Shown: positions 43,346-60,306 of the stretch, piece after piece
Position numbering within the stretch: the stretch's first letter is position 1
Layout of the letters: each line of letters starts with the position of its first letter
Source of the DNA: the human T2T-CHM13v2.0 reference genome, Homo sapiens
Reading direction: 5' to 3' (one strand)
DNA length: 64,000 bases
Assembly: GCF_009914755.1 (NCBI RefSeq)
Contig: NC_060928.1
The notes under the pieces: generated by a model
Seen by the model: only the letters and a program-made list of their open reading frames with translations
Database searches by the model: none
Told to the model about the DNA's origin: nothing
Translations under genes and position numbers: made by a program

Positions 43346-44439
43346 ATCAGAGAACTGTAGCCTGGAAACATTTTCTAGACTAAGAAATGTCTCAACTTTT
43401 ATCTCAAGTAAGACTATGATGACATAAGAGAATATTCAAGACAAACAATGGCTCCACTAAAATACTGACAATGACTTTCTTTTGTGTTAGATGTGGTAAT
43501 GGTATGGAGAAGATTATGCAACATCTGTCAGACAAAGACATTATTTGAGAGAGTGGAACCAGAACATGGATATATACTAATAACCAGATATCCGGCTTCC
43601 TTCCCAAATTATACTTCATTGCACAGGAAAGACAAGCAGCTGGGTTTTGGATTGTGCAATATACTTATACTGCACTAAAACAATGACAAAGACCACATAT
43701 TAGATTGTGACATCTCTTGAAATTTTACTGTCTCTACTAATAATCATCAATTTTTAACAACCAATACAGACTCACTTTTTTTAAAAGTGCTAGTATCAAA
43801 GAAATGTGAAAATTAATTTATGTACTATAGATCAGTGTATGTATGATACAACAAGTAAGGAGTATTCCTGAGATTCATTCTACAAAATAAGTGAAGATTA
43901 AATGAGTATAAGGAGGGGTACTGAAGTAAGTATGAAAATTGCAATAAATTTGGTAAAGACAATAGAAACACATGTAAAAATGGAAGTTTCTTGTAGTGAG
44001 TACCAGATAATGTTTAGAGAAACTCAGAAATGAAAGATACTATAATTATAAGTAAACTTGGCCATTCAGATGGCAATTTGAATTTTAACAGGTATGAATT
44101 CACTCAACATCCCCCTCCTTGGCCCCAGTTTTATTTTTATCTTTATTTACCATTTTCTTCTGCTTTCCTATCTCAAGAGAAGAAATATATAGATTAATAC
44201 CATCATCAGAGAAAGTTCCTTTATGTCCTTTTCTAGTGAATTTCCAAATGATGTACATTGAGTTCTTGTACCTCCAGATCTACTCCTATTGGCCTGTCTC
44301 ATTCTTCTGCCATGTGAATGTTTAATCATCTTTCAGTGGTCCAGCTCAAATATCATCTCTTCTGTAAAGAGTATTTTCCCTTTCCTAATTTTGGAAAGAT
44401 ATTCTTCCTCTTCCATGTCCTCAGCATTTTGTTAAAACC

Positions 44440-44582
44440 ATTTGCAATTCACCTGGGAAGTGGTTAGAAATTCAAATTCTCAGACCCCACCAAAGTCCTA
44501 CAGAATTAGAAACTATGGGGATGGGGCCCAATAATGTGTGTTTTAAATAAGGTGATGTACTCTCAAATGTTAGGAGCCACTA
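44440..44582. mobile_element. MER5A
   Basis: tcacctgggaagtggttagaaattcaaattctcagaccccacc...agaattagaaactatggggatggggccc. Confidence 0.75.
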
Positions 44583-44589
44583 CTTAGGG

Positions 44590-44685
44590 CTCTGTGGCTT
44601 TGTGAAAGTAGTTTAATCTCTCTGAGCCTCAATTTCATCATCTGTAAAATGGGAATATCATCACTTCCTTCTGGTTATAGATGTG
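44590..44685 (+). mobile_element. MIR core
   Basis: tttaatctctctgagcctcaatttcatcatctgtaaaatgggaata. Confidence 0.75.
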
Positions 44686-44717
44686 AGAGAGAGTTTACTA
44701 GGTAAGGAGTGAATGGT

Positions 44718-44824
44718 GGCCAGGCAGGTTTACTCATGCCTGTAATCTCAGCACTTTGGAAAGCCAAGTTGGGCGAACCGCTTTAGCCCAAGTGTTCGAG
44801 ACCAGCCTGGGCAACATGGGAACA
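44718..44824 (+). mobile_element. FLAM/AluJ left-arm fragment
   Basis: ggccaggc...gcctgtaatctcagcactttgg...gctttagcccaagtgttcgagaccagcctgggcaacat. Confidence 0.8.
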
Positions 44825-45149
44825 TACATTCTATCTGTAATGAGGAGCCACCGATGGATTGACTACATGTTTCCTGAGAATCAAAGGAAAGAGCTTTTGT
44901 TTCTAACAGTTTTTCAACTTCAGTTCAGGCTAAACTTCTGTTCTTATGCCTCTGAGAAAGCCTGTTGTAGCCTGGAATAATTCTTTTTAGATGAGGTGGT
45001 TTGGGTGGGTTTCTGTTTTTTGCCCAAACAAACAAACAAACAAACAAATGGAAAATGCTTTGCTTAGGACCCCACACAGATGAGACAATCCATTTCTCCT
45101 GTAACTTGTATTTCTCAGAATTCCTGTTGTTAAAAGCATATTGACGAAG

Positions 45150-45365
45150 CATACTAACTCTGGAGTTATAACATCAGTGATTAAATTCTGACTCAAGCAC
45201 TTACCTTGAGTAACTCAATTTCTCTGTGCCTCAATTTTCTCATTTGTAAGAAGGGATAATAATATTACTTGCTCCCTAGAGTTGTAAAATTTAAACCAAT
45301 TATTATAAGTTAAAATATTTTTAAAAATGCATTATATATACAAGCTTTCAGTGAATGTTACCTAT
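45150..45365 (+). mobile_element. MIR
   Basis: taactcaatttctctgtgcctcaattttctcatttgtaagaagggataataata. Confidence 0.7.
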
Positions 45366-48300
45366 TAAAATGTAAGGCTACCCATACCAAAACCAAAACA
45401 AAAAAACCCCAAAGCTCTATATTTGCAGGAAATTGATTCTGGAAAAAATATTTGTAAAATAAGGGATTTTACCTTTTCCTTTTGACCTGCAATGATCCAA
45501 ATGCCTATTATATTTTGGACTAAGGCATTTGGACAAAGGTATCCCCTTTCATGTGAGAGAATGAATGGTGTGCTGGGGGTATGAAAAAAGAAGGTGGTGA
45601 TAAGTAAGCAGGAAAGAAAGTTTCAGAAATTTTTCTCCCCCAAGGGGGAAACAAACCAAATATTTAATATTTTTAAATGTGCAGATGTTAGATTATATTT
45701 TTATTATGTAATCAGATTGTTTTAAAAGTAGAATAAATTGCTTTGGTTGCTTCTCTGTTTGTAAAAGAACTGTAACAGTGATCACTTTTGAAATATCTTC
45801 AGGTGTGTCCAAAAACCTCATCCTATAAAGAGTCTAAGAATGGTTCTGTCATGTGGCATGCAAAAGGAGAAAGCATTCCTCACGATCCACCAACTAACCT
45901 GCCCAAAGTACCTCATGACAACTGTCTATTTTAAAAATGAAGATTTTCTTCTTTTGACATAATTCCAAGCCAAATACTAAAAGCATTTTATTCCCTTTCA
46001 ATTGTCAGTGTTTCTTAATCAACTCTAGAAGAAAAACAATTAGTTTAATTGCATTGCATATAAAAATTACATGTTTGGCTTAGTTTTTATACAAAGTCTT
46101 CAGTTTTATCTTTTTAACCGTTTCCTATATTTGCCAAATTGCCTTGGAAATTCATCCCCACCCCCACTCCACCAATGCAATCACAATTTTTATTTTTTAT
46201 TATAGCAACGAATTTTGACAGCCATAGGTCATGGAGTTCTGAGACATCCTGGATCAATTACTAATGTCTGAGTTTGATTTTAGCCATTTTTACATATGAA
46301 TAGAGACTAATGTTTCTGTCTTCAGTACAGATGTTTTCCTTGGCTGCTAAAATAGATTGTTGCTTTTTTATTGCTGCTGTGTTTTATTAAATTGTTACTT
46401 TATTTGTTTAAAAGATAGGTTACTTATAGGTGGTTAAGACAAAACTGTGAAGTAATGAGCAAATAAGAAAGCAGATATCTAATTCATGTCATGTATTCCT
46501 AGTCATAGTGGGTAGAAAAGGACATAATATAACACTCTATGAAATGGCTTATAAACTACGTGTTATACCAAACCTATAAAGCAATGTCTCCATACTCATG
46601 GATGAGTTGCATCAGAAGATAATTTGAGAATGAAACAAATCTTTCTGCTTCTCGTTTATGATGATGATGTAATTCATACCATTTCCGTGGATAATTTTCG
46701 TTCTCTTCAAATGGATGAATGTTTATTGAATTTGAATGAAATCACCGAGAAAAGAGTATACATTTGAGTTGCTGCAAACTTTTCAAGTAGTTTTGTATCA
46801 GTATTAAAATAATTGGAGATATTCCAGAGTAAGGTCAGAATTTGTTTTCTTTAAATATTTGTCTCCTATGAGCTCTATGATATTGCACATCCTGCCTTAT
46901 CTTTATATTACAAACAGTATGCTCAGTGCCTGCCATATTCTATACTCTCAGTAAATGAAAAGTAAAAGAATTAATGAATATGAATATATCTGGAAGAAAA
47001 GTACTAAAAAAGTCTCTTTTCAAGCTTCCACACTTAGCTAATTGTGCCTTTAAACTATAGATCTGGATTAAAGATAAAGAATTAATTCATTTGTTGGAAA
47101 ACCATCTCTTTATGATGTTTCTTTGCATTTTATTTGCTAGAGTAAATACACAGCATAAGTACTTACTAAGCAAAAGACTAAAAGATAGAAGATAAAGCCA
47201 ATGAGATATCTAAAATTTACATAAATAAGATGTGGTCTACATAGAGGAAATGCTGGAGTTTTTTACATTATTTAGATATAAAATTGGTGTAAGTTTCTTC
47301 CTTTAAAAATTCTTGGGTATGTCAGGCAAATATAGCATATTATTTGGTGTAAGAACTGGGTGACTTAAAATAATATCAGCTCATAATTCATCTTTTGAAA
47401 TATTATTTAGCCATATTCTTTTATTGCAGGGTCAGTAAATTTCAATTAATTTGAAAACAATCTTTGAGAGCACACACATTCTATTTATATATATGTACTT
47501 ATAGAAGTATATTTGATTACATAACTACATTATAGCTTTATTTCAGTTTACATTTACACTCCAAATGAGTGTAACTCAGTTATTTATGCCTTCCATTTCT
47601 ATAACACAATATTTATAAACCCTCATGATATAAGTAGCCGCAAAACAAGGCAATATTATAAAATAGTTTTTGGATTACTGGAAAACTTTCAATTAGTACA
47701 ACTACAGTGTAAAATTTAATGTATTGTATTTTAATTTATTGAATATAAAGGAATAAGGATGGTACAGTTAGAAGCATCTGGTTACTTCACGTAACCACCT
47801 CCTATTCCTCAGATGTTTTAGTTAAGCATTCATTCAGTATACACATATGGTTCCTTAAAGTGTATTTTAAGTCAGTTTTACTGTGGCATACAATGAAATG
47901 CACCTATTTTAAATGTACAGTTTGATTAGTTTTGCTGTATGCATACACTTATGTACCTACCATCACAATCATGATATAGAAAATTTCTATCACTCTCAGA
48001 AGTTCCATTGGGCCTCTCACTAGTTAATGCCCCAGCCAACTCCTGATGCAACCAAAACTATATGCTTGCTTTCTATCATTATAGATTAGATCTGCCTGTT
48101 CTAGAATTTTATATCAATGGAGTGATAAAGTATATACTTTTTTGAATTTCACAGCTTTTACTTAGCACAATGATTTTGAGAGTAATCCATGTGTTGTACA
48201 TGTCAACAGATTGTTCTTATTGTTCAGTAGTATTCCATGCAGTGGTACTCCTTGTACCACAATTGTGAATTGTACCGTACTTTATGAATCCTTTCACCTG

Positions 48301-49949
48301 GTGATGGACACTTGTATTATTTCTAGTTTTGGCTGTTATGAACTAAGCTTCTCTGAATATATTCATGTACAGGATTCTGTGTGGCTTACCCATTTCTCTT
48401 GGGTAAATATTTAAGGATGGAATTGTGGGGCTGTATGGTAAGTATATGGTTTACTTTATAAAGTAGTACAAAACTGTTTTCCCAAGAATTTATGCCATTT
48501 TACAATCCCATCAGCAAGTTAAGAAAGTTCCAATTGCTCTACATCCTCATCAATACTTGCTTTTGTCATTCTTTTAAGTTTTAGTCTTACTGTGTTTTTG
48601 TCATTTTCCTGATGAATAATGATGATGGCATCTTTTCATGTGCCTATTTGTCATTGTGCATCTTCCTTTGTGAAGTATCCGTTCAAATACTTTGCCCATT
48701 TAAAATTTTTTTGCTTGAATTATTATTATCGAGTTTTACAAGTTCTTTATATATTCTGGATCGCACTTGTTTGTCAGATATATGCATCTATATATATATA
48801 TATATATGTATATTTACTCCGTGGCTTAATTGTCATGATCTTAATGGTTTCTTTGGAAGACTTCAATATATAATTTTTAATTTTGTATTGATACTTTATG
48901 TTGCACTACTTATGTAAATTTTGCCTCTTCTGAAGATTTTCTTCTATATATTATTTTAAAAGCTTTGTATTTTTAGATTTCGTGCTTAAATCAATGATAT
49001 GTTTCAAGTTCCTTTTTTGTCTGTGACGTGAGACAAATCTGAAGTTTATTTTTTACACATTGATGTCAAGTTGTTCCAGGACTATTTGTTGTAAAATCTG
49101 TTCATTATCCCATTGAATTATCTTGCCACATTTGTAAAAAATTAGTTGACCTAGTAAAGAAGTGTCCATTTCTGGATTACATTCTGTTCCATTGATGTCT
49201 AGCAATACCTCATTGTCACATTACTGTGATTTCATAGCAAGTCTTAAAATCTAGTAGAAGTTGTGAAATTTTAGAATTATCATTTGGCTTTCCCTATACA
49301 TTTTAGAATAAGCTTATCAATTTCTCTAACAAGTCTGATAGGGTTTTGATTAAGAGTACATTGAATCTATAGATCAGTTAGTGAAGAACTTCCATCTTAA
49401 CAATATTGAGTCTTCTAATCCATGAAAACATGTCTTTAGATCTTTAAATTCTATCATCAATACCATCTAGTTTTCAGTTTACAAGTCATGCACTTTTTTC
49501 CTAAATTTATCATAAATATTTAATTATTTTATGAAGTATGAAATTTATACATTTTTATTTTCTGTTTATTGATAATTAACATATTTGCAATTGATCTATA
49601 TATTTTTTCAGAAGAATCCTAGTTTTTCAATCTTGAAGTATCTGTAATCTAATTACATGTTCACATGCTGCCATCAACTAAATGAATCAAAAAGGATATT
49701 CAGTTGCAAGGGGAAATTGAAAATAATATGTGCAGAATAATAAAATTCAAAAATTGACCTTTTTTTAGTTAATTGGTGAAGTGATTTGCACTAAGAGGTT
49801 GCCAATAGATATTTTTCCAGCATTTTAGTACATATTTTGAAGATATGGCTGTTTGCTAGTATAAACAACTTTACAAAAACCTTTTTATGAAATTAAAATA
49901 CTAATATAAAATTATTTCATATTACATATATTTATTCATTTTTAAAATT

Positions 49950-50970
49950 AATTTTTTTATTTTAATGGAATTAGGGGTACATGTGTAGTTGTGTTACATG
50001 GATATACTTCACAGTGGTGAAATCTGGGCTTTTAATGTACCCAACACCCAAATAATGTATATTGTACCCAATAGGTGGTATTTTACCCCTTATCCCCCCT
50101 TACCATTTGGAGTCTTCAATGTCTATTATTCCATTTTGTATGTCTGTGTGCACCCACTGTTTAACTCCCATTTATAAGTAAGAACATGTATTCTTTACTT
50201 TTTGTTTCTCAGTCATTTTAGGATAATGACTTTCAGTTCCATCTATGTTGCTGCAAAAGACATGATTTCATTTGTTTTTTATGGATGAGTAGTATTCCTT
50301 GGTAGACATATATCACATTTTTAATTCAATCACGCACTGATGGGCACTTAGGTTGGTTTCCATGACTTTGCTATTGTGAATAGTGCTGTGATAAACATCC
50401 GAGCGCATGTGTCTTTGTAATATAATGATTTATTTTCCTTGGGTAGATACCTGGTAGTGGGATTGCTGGATCAAAGGTTAGCTCTATTTTTAGTTCTTTG
50501 AGAAATCTCCATACTATTTTCCATAGAGGTACTGATTTACATTCCCACCAACAGCATATAAGTGCTCCAATTTCTCGGCAGGCTTGTCAGCATCTGTTGT
50601 TTCTTGACTTTTTAATAATAGCCGTACTGATTGGTGTAAAATGGTATCTCATTGTGGGTTTAATGTGCATTTCTCTGATGGTAAGTGATGATGAGCATTT
50701 TTTTCATACATTTGTTGGCCACTTGAATGTTCTCTTTCGAAAAATGTCTGTTCATATCATTTGTCCACTTTTTAATGAGGTTATTTGTTTTTTTCTTGTT
50801 GAGTTGTTTGCATTCCTTCTGGATTCTGGATCTTAGCTCTTTGTGAGATGCATTGTTTGCAAATATTTTCTCCCATTCTGTAGGTTGTCTCTTTACTGTC
50901 TTTAGTATCTCTTTTTCTGTGCAGAAGCTTTTCAGTTTAATTAAGTCTCATTTACCTATTTTTGTTTTTC
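49950..50970 (-). mobile_element. L1PB4/L1MA-type 3' fragment nested in the L1ME
   Basis: ggggtacatgtgtagttgtgttacatggatatacttcacagtggtgaaatctgggc; followed at 50970-51007 by a short AluJ-like fragment. Confidence 0.82.
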
Positions 50971-52764
50971 TTGAGCCCCAGAGTTTGAGGCTGCAGTGAG
51001 CTATGATTTTTACATATTGCAACCTTTCTAAACTCACTTATTAGTCCTAATAATGTTTTGTAGATTCCTTAGGACTTTCTGTGTACTTAATCATGTTGTC
51101 TGAGAATAAAGATGGGCTTTATTTCATCCTTTCCAATTCTCATGTCTTTGATTTTTTTTTCTTTTCTTATTCACTCTGGTTCTGATCTTAGGAAGAAAGC
51201 ATTCAGCCTTTTATCATTAAGTATTTTGCCAGTGATTGATAGGCTTTTCTTCAATGCTCCCTTTTTCAAAGTTAGGAAGTTCCCTTTTATGACTAGTTTG
51301 TTAAGAGGTTTTATTTTATTTTAGTTTGTTTTGTTTTTAAATTATGAATGACTGTCAAATTTTATCAAATGTTTTTTCCCCATTTATGGAAATAATTCTA
51401 TATATTTTAAATATTTTTTTCTGTTATAGTAAATTATAAAATTCATTTAAAATTTTAAACAAGTCTCAAAATCCTGTGATAATTTCCTGTCAGCCATGAT
51501 ATTTTATCTTTTAAATATAAAACTGGATTCTATTTGCCAATGTCTTCTAAATTTTTTTTCTGTGTTCATGAGACATATTGGCCTGGTGTTTTCTTATAAT
51601 TATTTTTGTCCAGCTTTAGTCTTAGACTATTGATGGCCTCTTTCAATAATTTCTGAAAGTATTTGAATATGGTTGGTTTGTTCTTCTTACATATTTAATG
51701 GAATTCACCAGTGAGAGTATATGGTCTTGGAGTTCCTTTCTGGGGAAAGTTGCAATTACAAATTCAATTTCTTTAGTAAATGTAGGCCTATGTAGAATTT
51801 CTACATCTTCTTATGTTAACTTCGGTAATTTATGTCTTTTGAGAAGTTTGTCCATTTCTTAAAGATTGTGGAATTTATTGGCATAAACTGATCATACTAA
51901 TACTCTATTGTACTTTTAATATCATAGAATATGTATTGATATTCCTGCTAATTTCTAATATTAGTAATTTATATTGCTCTTTTGCTTTTTCAGCTTATCT
52001 AGAGGTTATCAGTTTTACTAATATTTGTAAAAACTAATACAAATAGTTTCTGGTTTTATTGATTTTTCTCTGTTTTTCTCCGTTATTTAAAAGCAATTTC
52101 TCCTCTTGTCTTTATTATTTCTTTCTGTCTGCATATTTTAACATGCTCATCTTTTACTTGAAGTAGAAGCTTAGATTGTTTGTTTTAATTATTTCTTCAT
52201 TGTTAATATAAGCATTAAAAACGTAAATTTCCTTCTAAGAACCAACTTTGCTGAAACCCACAAATTTTATGTTGTATTTTAATTTTCATTCAGTTAAAAG
52301 TATCTTTTATTTTCTTTCCTCTTGGATTCATGGTTTTTTAAAAAGTTTGTTATTTAACATCCAAGAATTTGAGTATTTTCCAAATATCTTTATGTTATTG
52401 ATTTCTATTTTTTTCTTGTTGTGGTCAGAGACATATGCTATATAATTTTAATACTTTTAAATTTGAGCCTTATCTTATAATCCGTATGCTTTATTTTGGT
52501 AAGCATTCCATGTGCACTTGACAGTGATATGTATTATGTTGTTGCTGGGTAGAGTGTTCTATCAATGTCAATTAGGTCTAGTTGCTTGGTAACATTGTTA
52601 AAGTTTTTGCTATTCTTTATAATTTTTTCCTGTTTCTATAATCTGCATCTATATTTGTGAGTATATATTATTTTCATTTCTGCCAGTTTTTGCTGCATAT
52701 CTTTTGAAGCTCTTTGATCAAGGGCCTGCATGTTCCAGGTTCTCATATCTTTTAGATACATTGA

Positions 52765-53180
<416 letters not shown>

Positions 53181-53424
53181 TTTATCTGATATTTTATAAG
53201 TGGGTCACTGCAATGTTAGGAATAGTGTTTGCATGATATAAATTTGATCCTCTTACTTTTAATCTCTATATTTATATTCCAAATGGGCTTCTTCTATATA
53301 GCATGCAATTTAATCTTGCTTCTTTTATGCAGTCTGACAATTTCTTCCTATTAATTGGAATATAGACCATTTTTATGTAATGTACTTATTGATATTGATG
53401 GGTTTAAATTCACCATCTTGCTGT

Positions 53425-54292
53425 ATATGTCCTTTTGGTATAATCTATTTTCCTTTGAGTATATACCTAGTAATGGGATTGCTGGGTTGAAAGGTCCCTC
53501 TGTTTTAAATTCTTTGAACTGTGAAGAAAGATAGTTTGACTTTTTCTTTTCCTATTTGGATGCCTTTCATTTCTTTCTCTTGGCTGATTGCTCTGGCTAA
53601 GACTTCCAGTACTATATTAAATAGTGGAAATTAGGAAGGAGTCCCTCCTCCTTGATTTTTTTGGAATAGTTTCAATAGAATTGGTATCAGTTCTTCTTTT
53701 CACATCTGGTAGAATTCAGCTGTGGATTCATCTGGTCCAGAGCTTTTTGTAATTGGTAGGGTTTTGTTTTTTTTAATTACTGACTCAATTTCATGGCTTG
53801 ATATTGGTCTATTCAGGGTTTCAGTGTCTTCCTGATTCAATCTCTGGAGGCTTTGAGTTTGTGGGAATTTATTCATTTCCTTTAGATTTTCTAATTTGTG
53901 TACATAGAGTTATTCATAGCATTCTGTGAGGATCTTTTGTTTTTCTGTGGGATCGGTTGTAGTGTCATCTTTGTCTCTTCTGCTGATACTTATTTGGATT
54001 TTCTCTCTTTTTTCTTTGTTAATCTTGCTAATGGCCTAACAATCTTGTTTACTTTTTTGAAGAACCAATCCTTGGTTTCATTGATCTTTTATATGGATTT
54101 TTGTGTCTCAATTTCATTAAGTTCTTCTCTAATTTTAGTTACTTATTTTCTTAGCTTTGGGGCTGGTTTTTTCTTTTCTTTTTCTAGTTCCTTTAGATGA
54201 AAAGTTAGATTGTTAATTTCAGAGTTTTCTAACTTCCAGATGAAGGCATTTAGTGTCATAAATTTTCCTCTTAACACTGTTTTAGCTGCATC
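53425..54292 (-). mobile_element. Younger L1P (L1PA15-16/L1PB-like) ORF2 mosaic of three non-contiguous pieces
   Basis: Pieces correspond to the ORF2 C-terminus (53425-53518), the [16 protein letters not shown] region (53519-53626) and the pre-RT region (53627-54292). Confidence 0.7.
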
Positions 54293-55568
54293 TTCAACTT
54301 TTAGTTGATTTTGCCTCCCTCTCTGAACTGCAGTCTCTGACTCATCAATTCAGTGAATCTGCTGTGGTCTGCTTTATTTCCCATTTTTTGCACTGTGATC
54401 TATAATGTGTTACCTGATAAAAAGTTGAGATGATTTTGGGATCATCTTGTTTGTTTCCCTTAGGAATCTTAGTCTTGCCATACTCTCTATTGTCTGATAA
54501 TACTTTGTTTCATGTATTTTGTCCGGTTTTATGGTTTGTTTACAGCTGGACTGTAAGTGTGACACCTATTTACTCATCATGGACTGATGCACATTTCCTG
54601 CTTATTATATTTTACTGAAAAAACAATCAACATATTTGGTAGTTTTTTATTTTAAATAGACTCCATGCTGGTTATCTTTCTATTATAAAATATTTTTTTC
54701 ATAATGAAGGTTAAACTATAGGCTTATTCTTTAAGATAGGAATAATAGTTTAGACTTTGCCTTTTTCAGTTATAATTACATTCCAATTTTACATCTCCAT
54801 ATCATTTGAATTGGAATTTTAAGTATTCTAGATCCATCAGTAACTCATTTGCAGTCATCTTGGTTACTTCTTTAGGTAGCCAGTTTTGTCATTTTGAAGA
54901 AAAGAGGTTATCAGTTTAGCTCTCTAAGGATATTATTTCCTTACCTCCTCTTACCCCCTAGTTCTCCTGTAAACGAGGGAAGTAGTGACTCCTCAGCTAC
55001 TTTCAAATACATTTTGTCTAAACATCTTTACTGCAAATCTTCTTAAACCATGGTAAAGCCCTCCTGTCTGAGAAATGTTTTGAAATGTTTATGAATGCTG
55101 TCCTAGAAACTATTTTCAACACTTGAGAAGAAGTAATTTTGCGTAAGTGTCTATGGTTTTGGATTTTTATTATCAGCATTCGGGAAGCAGGAAATTTTAA
55201 GTTTGAACTGTCAGCAAGTTTTTACTGATACCCCACTGTGGGTAGCATATATGTCATTTTAGAATATGTTGCATTTTTCTGTTTTGTCTTCCACAAAAGC
55301 ATCTGGCACTCCTTGATGAGTGATTTAGACTGAGGTCCCTGATTTCTCTGCCAGGAATGCATTTTAAGTCTGGTGGGTCTCAGAAGATCAGGAAGAAGGA
55401 CCATATGTGTTACTATATCTTATCTACAAAGAGGTAAATCTTGGAGAACAGTGACCTCCTTGCTGACTGAGATGTCCTAGTTGACTATAACAAACCATTT
55501 GGAATTTGAGGGCAAGCTAATGTTGACTTTCAGTGGAAAGGCTCACCCTTACGGGGCACCTAATACTT

Positions 55569-55604
55569 GATGGTACTGGAAATGAAGATGGTACTGGAAA
55601 TGAA
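55569..55604. repeat. Perfect 18-bp tandem duplication (gatggtactggaaatgaa)x2
   Basis: Read directly from the sequence. Confidence 0.95.
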
Positions 55605-56309
55605 GATAAAGATAATCAATTAACATACTTGATTATTTTTAGAAAATATTTTCTAAAATTATATCAATTTCTAATTAGTTTGCATTCAACCCTGCAGACT
55701 TTTCCAAACTCTGTTATATGTCTTTTTCAGACTCTATTATGTTTCTTAGATTGCTGTGCAACTGCAATATAATAACCTAGATTTATGATAGAACCTAATA
55801 TAAATCTAAATAAATCACTTTTAGTGATTTGTATGTCCTACCTTTGCACATCCTTAAAGAATTCCAGAACATTTGTCACATACTTGCAGATTAGTCAGCA
55901 ATAGCGTCTGCAGAATGCTGATTGCCTTTTCCCTGCCAGATTTTGCTAGTTTAAGTGTTCTATTGGCATGTGCTTTCATTTCTATACTACTGTGTTCCTT
56001 GGCATGGCTTTCTAAGGGTCACATTCTGAGTCATTTTTGTAAGTGACACTTCACAAAGGGTATCCACTAGTACATATCAGTTCTATAGTTTTATACTTGA
56101 GTTTCAAAATTTGATATCTTTATAATTTTGGTGTGAGTCTATACCTGATTCCATTAGTTAGGTCTTCTATAGATCATATATTTACTACTGTTAAATTTAG
56201 GATCCTCTGTCTTTACTCCTTTGATGTAAAGGTCAAACTTCTGTAGAAAGGATAGTTGCATCCGATCAAAATTTGAGCCAGATGAGATACCTTTACCATT
56301 TTTGATTTA

Positions 56310-56522
56310 ACATATGGTGAGAAATATGTTTTACATTATATCTGAGTACACGAACATACATGTACACATACAACTGAAACATAGTATTATTAAACTATAC
56401 TTACTATATATGATACACTTGGACATTTCCTTTTCTATTTTATTAAAATTCTGGTCTTCTGTAGATGGATTTCATGACCCACAAAGTTATTGCTGCCAGG
56501 AGTTTAAACAACACTTGCCTAG
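56310..56522. mobile_element. hAT-Charlie non-autonomous element
   Basis: gtgagaaatatgttttacatt...gatttcatgacccac...agtttaaacaacacttgcctag. Confidence 0.6.
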
Positions 56523-56599
56523 ACTACATTTAAGGTTCTTTATAATCCTGAGATGCTATATGTCTGTGGTAAAGGACATTTTCCCCTTTTACTTGGGCT

Positions 56600-60112
<3,513 letters not shown>

Positions 60113-60237
60113 CAGGGTATCTCTGTTCAACTCTTTTCCCCTTAAATTGAATGGAATGAAGTAATCTGTGTTCAATCTTTTAAAGCAACCTCTTCCTAAA
60201 ATTATCTTCTAATTTTCTTTTTTATTTCTTCTTTCAG

Positions 60238-60306
60238 CTTTCTCCCAACATTTTCACTTAAATTTAACTGTCCTTATCAGAGTCTAAAAGAGTTCCAAAT
60301 ATGCTT
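60238..60306 (+). other. Candidate 69-nt internal exon
   Basis: Branch-like ttctaat, long pyrimidine tract tttctttttttatttcttctttcag|, donor CTT|gtaagt; one open frame (FLPTFSLKFNCPYQSLKEFQIC). Confidence 0.35.

Noticed and set aside
55812-55830. 8-bp hairpin aaatcact-ttt-agtgattt
   Set aside because: Expected by chance in 64 kb of AT-rich DNA.
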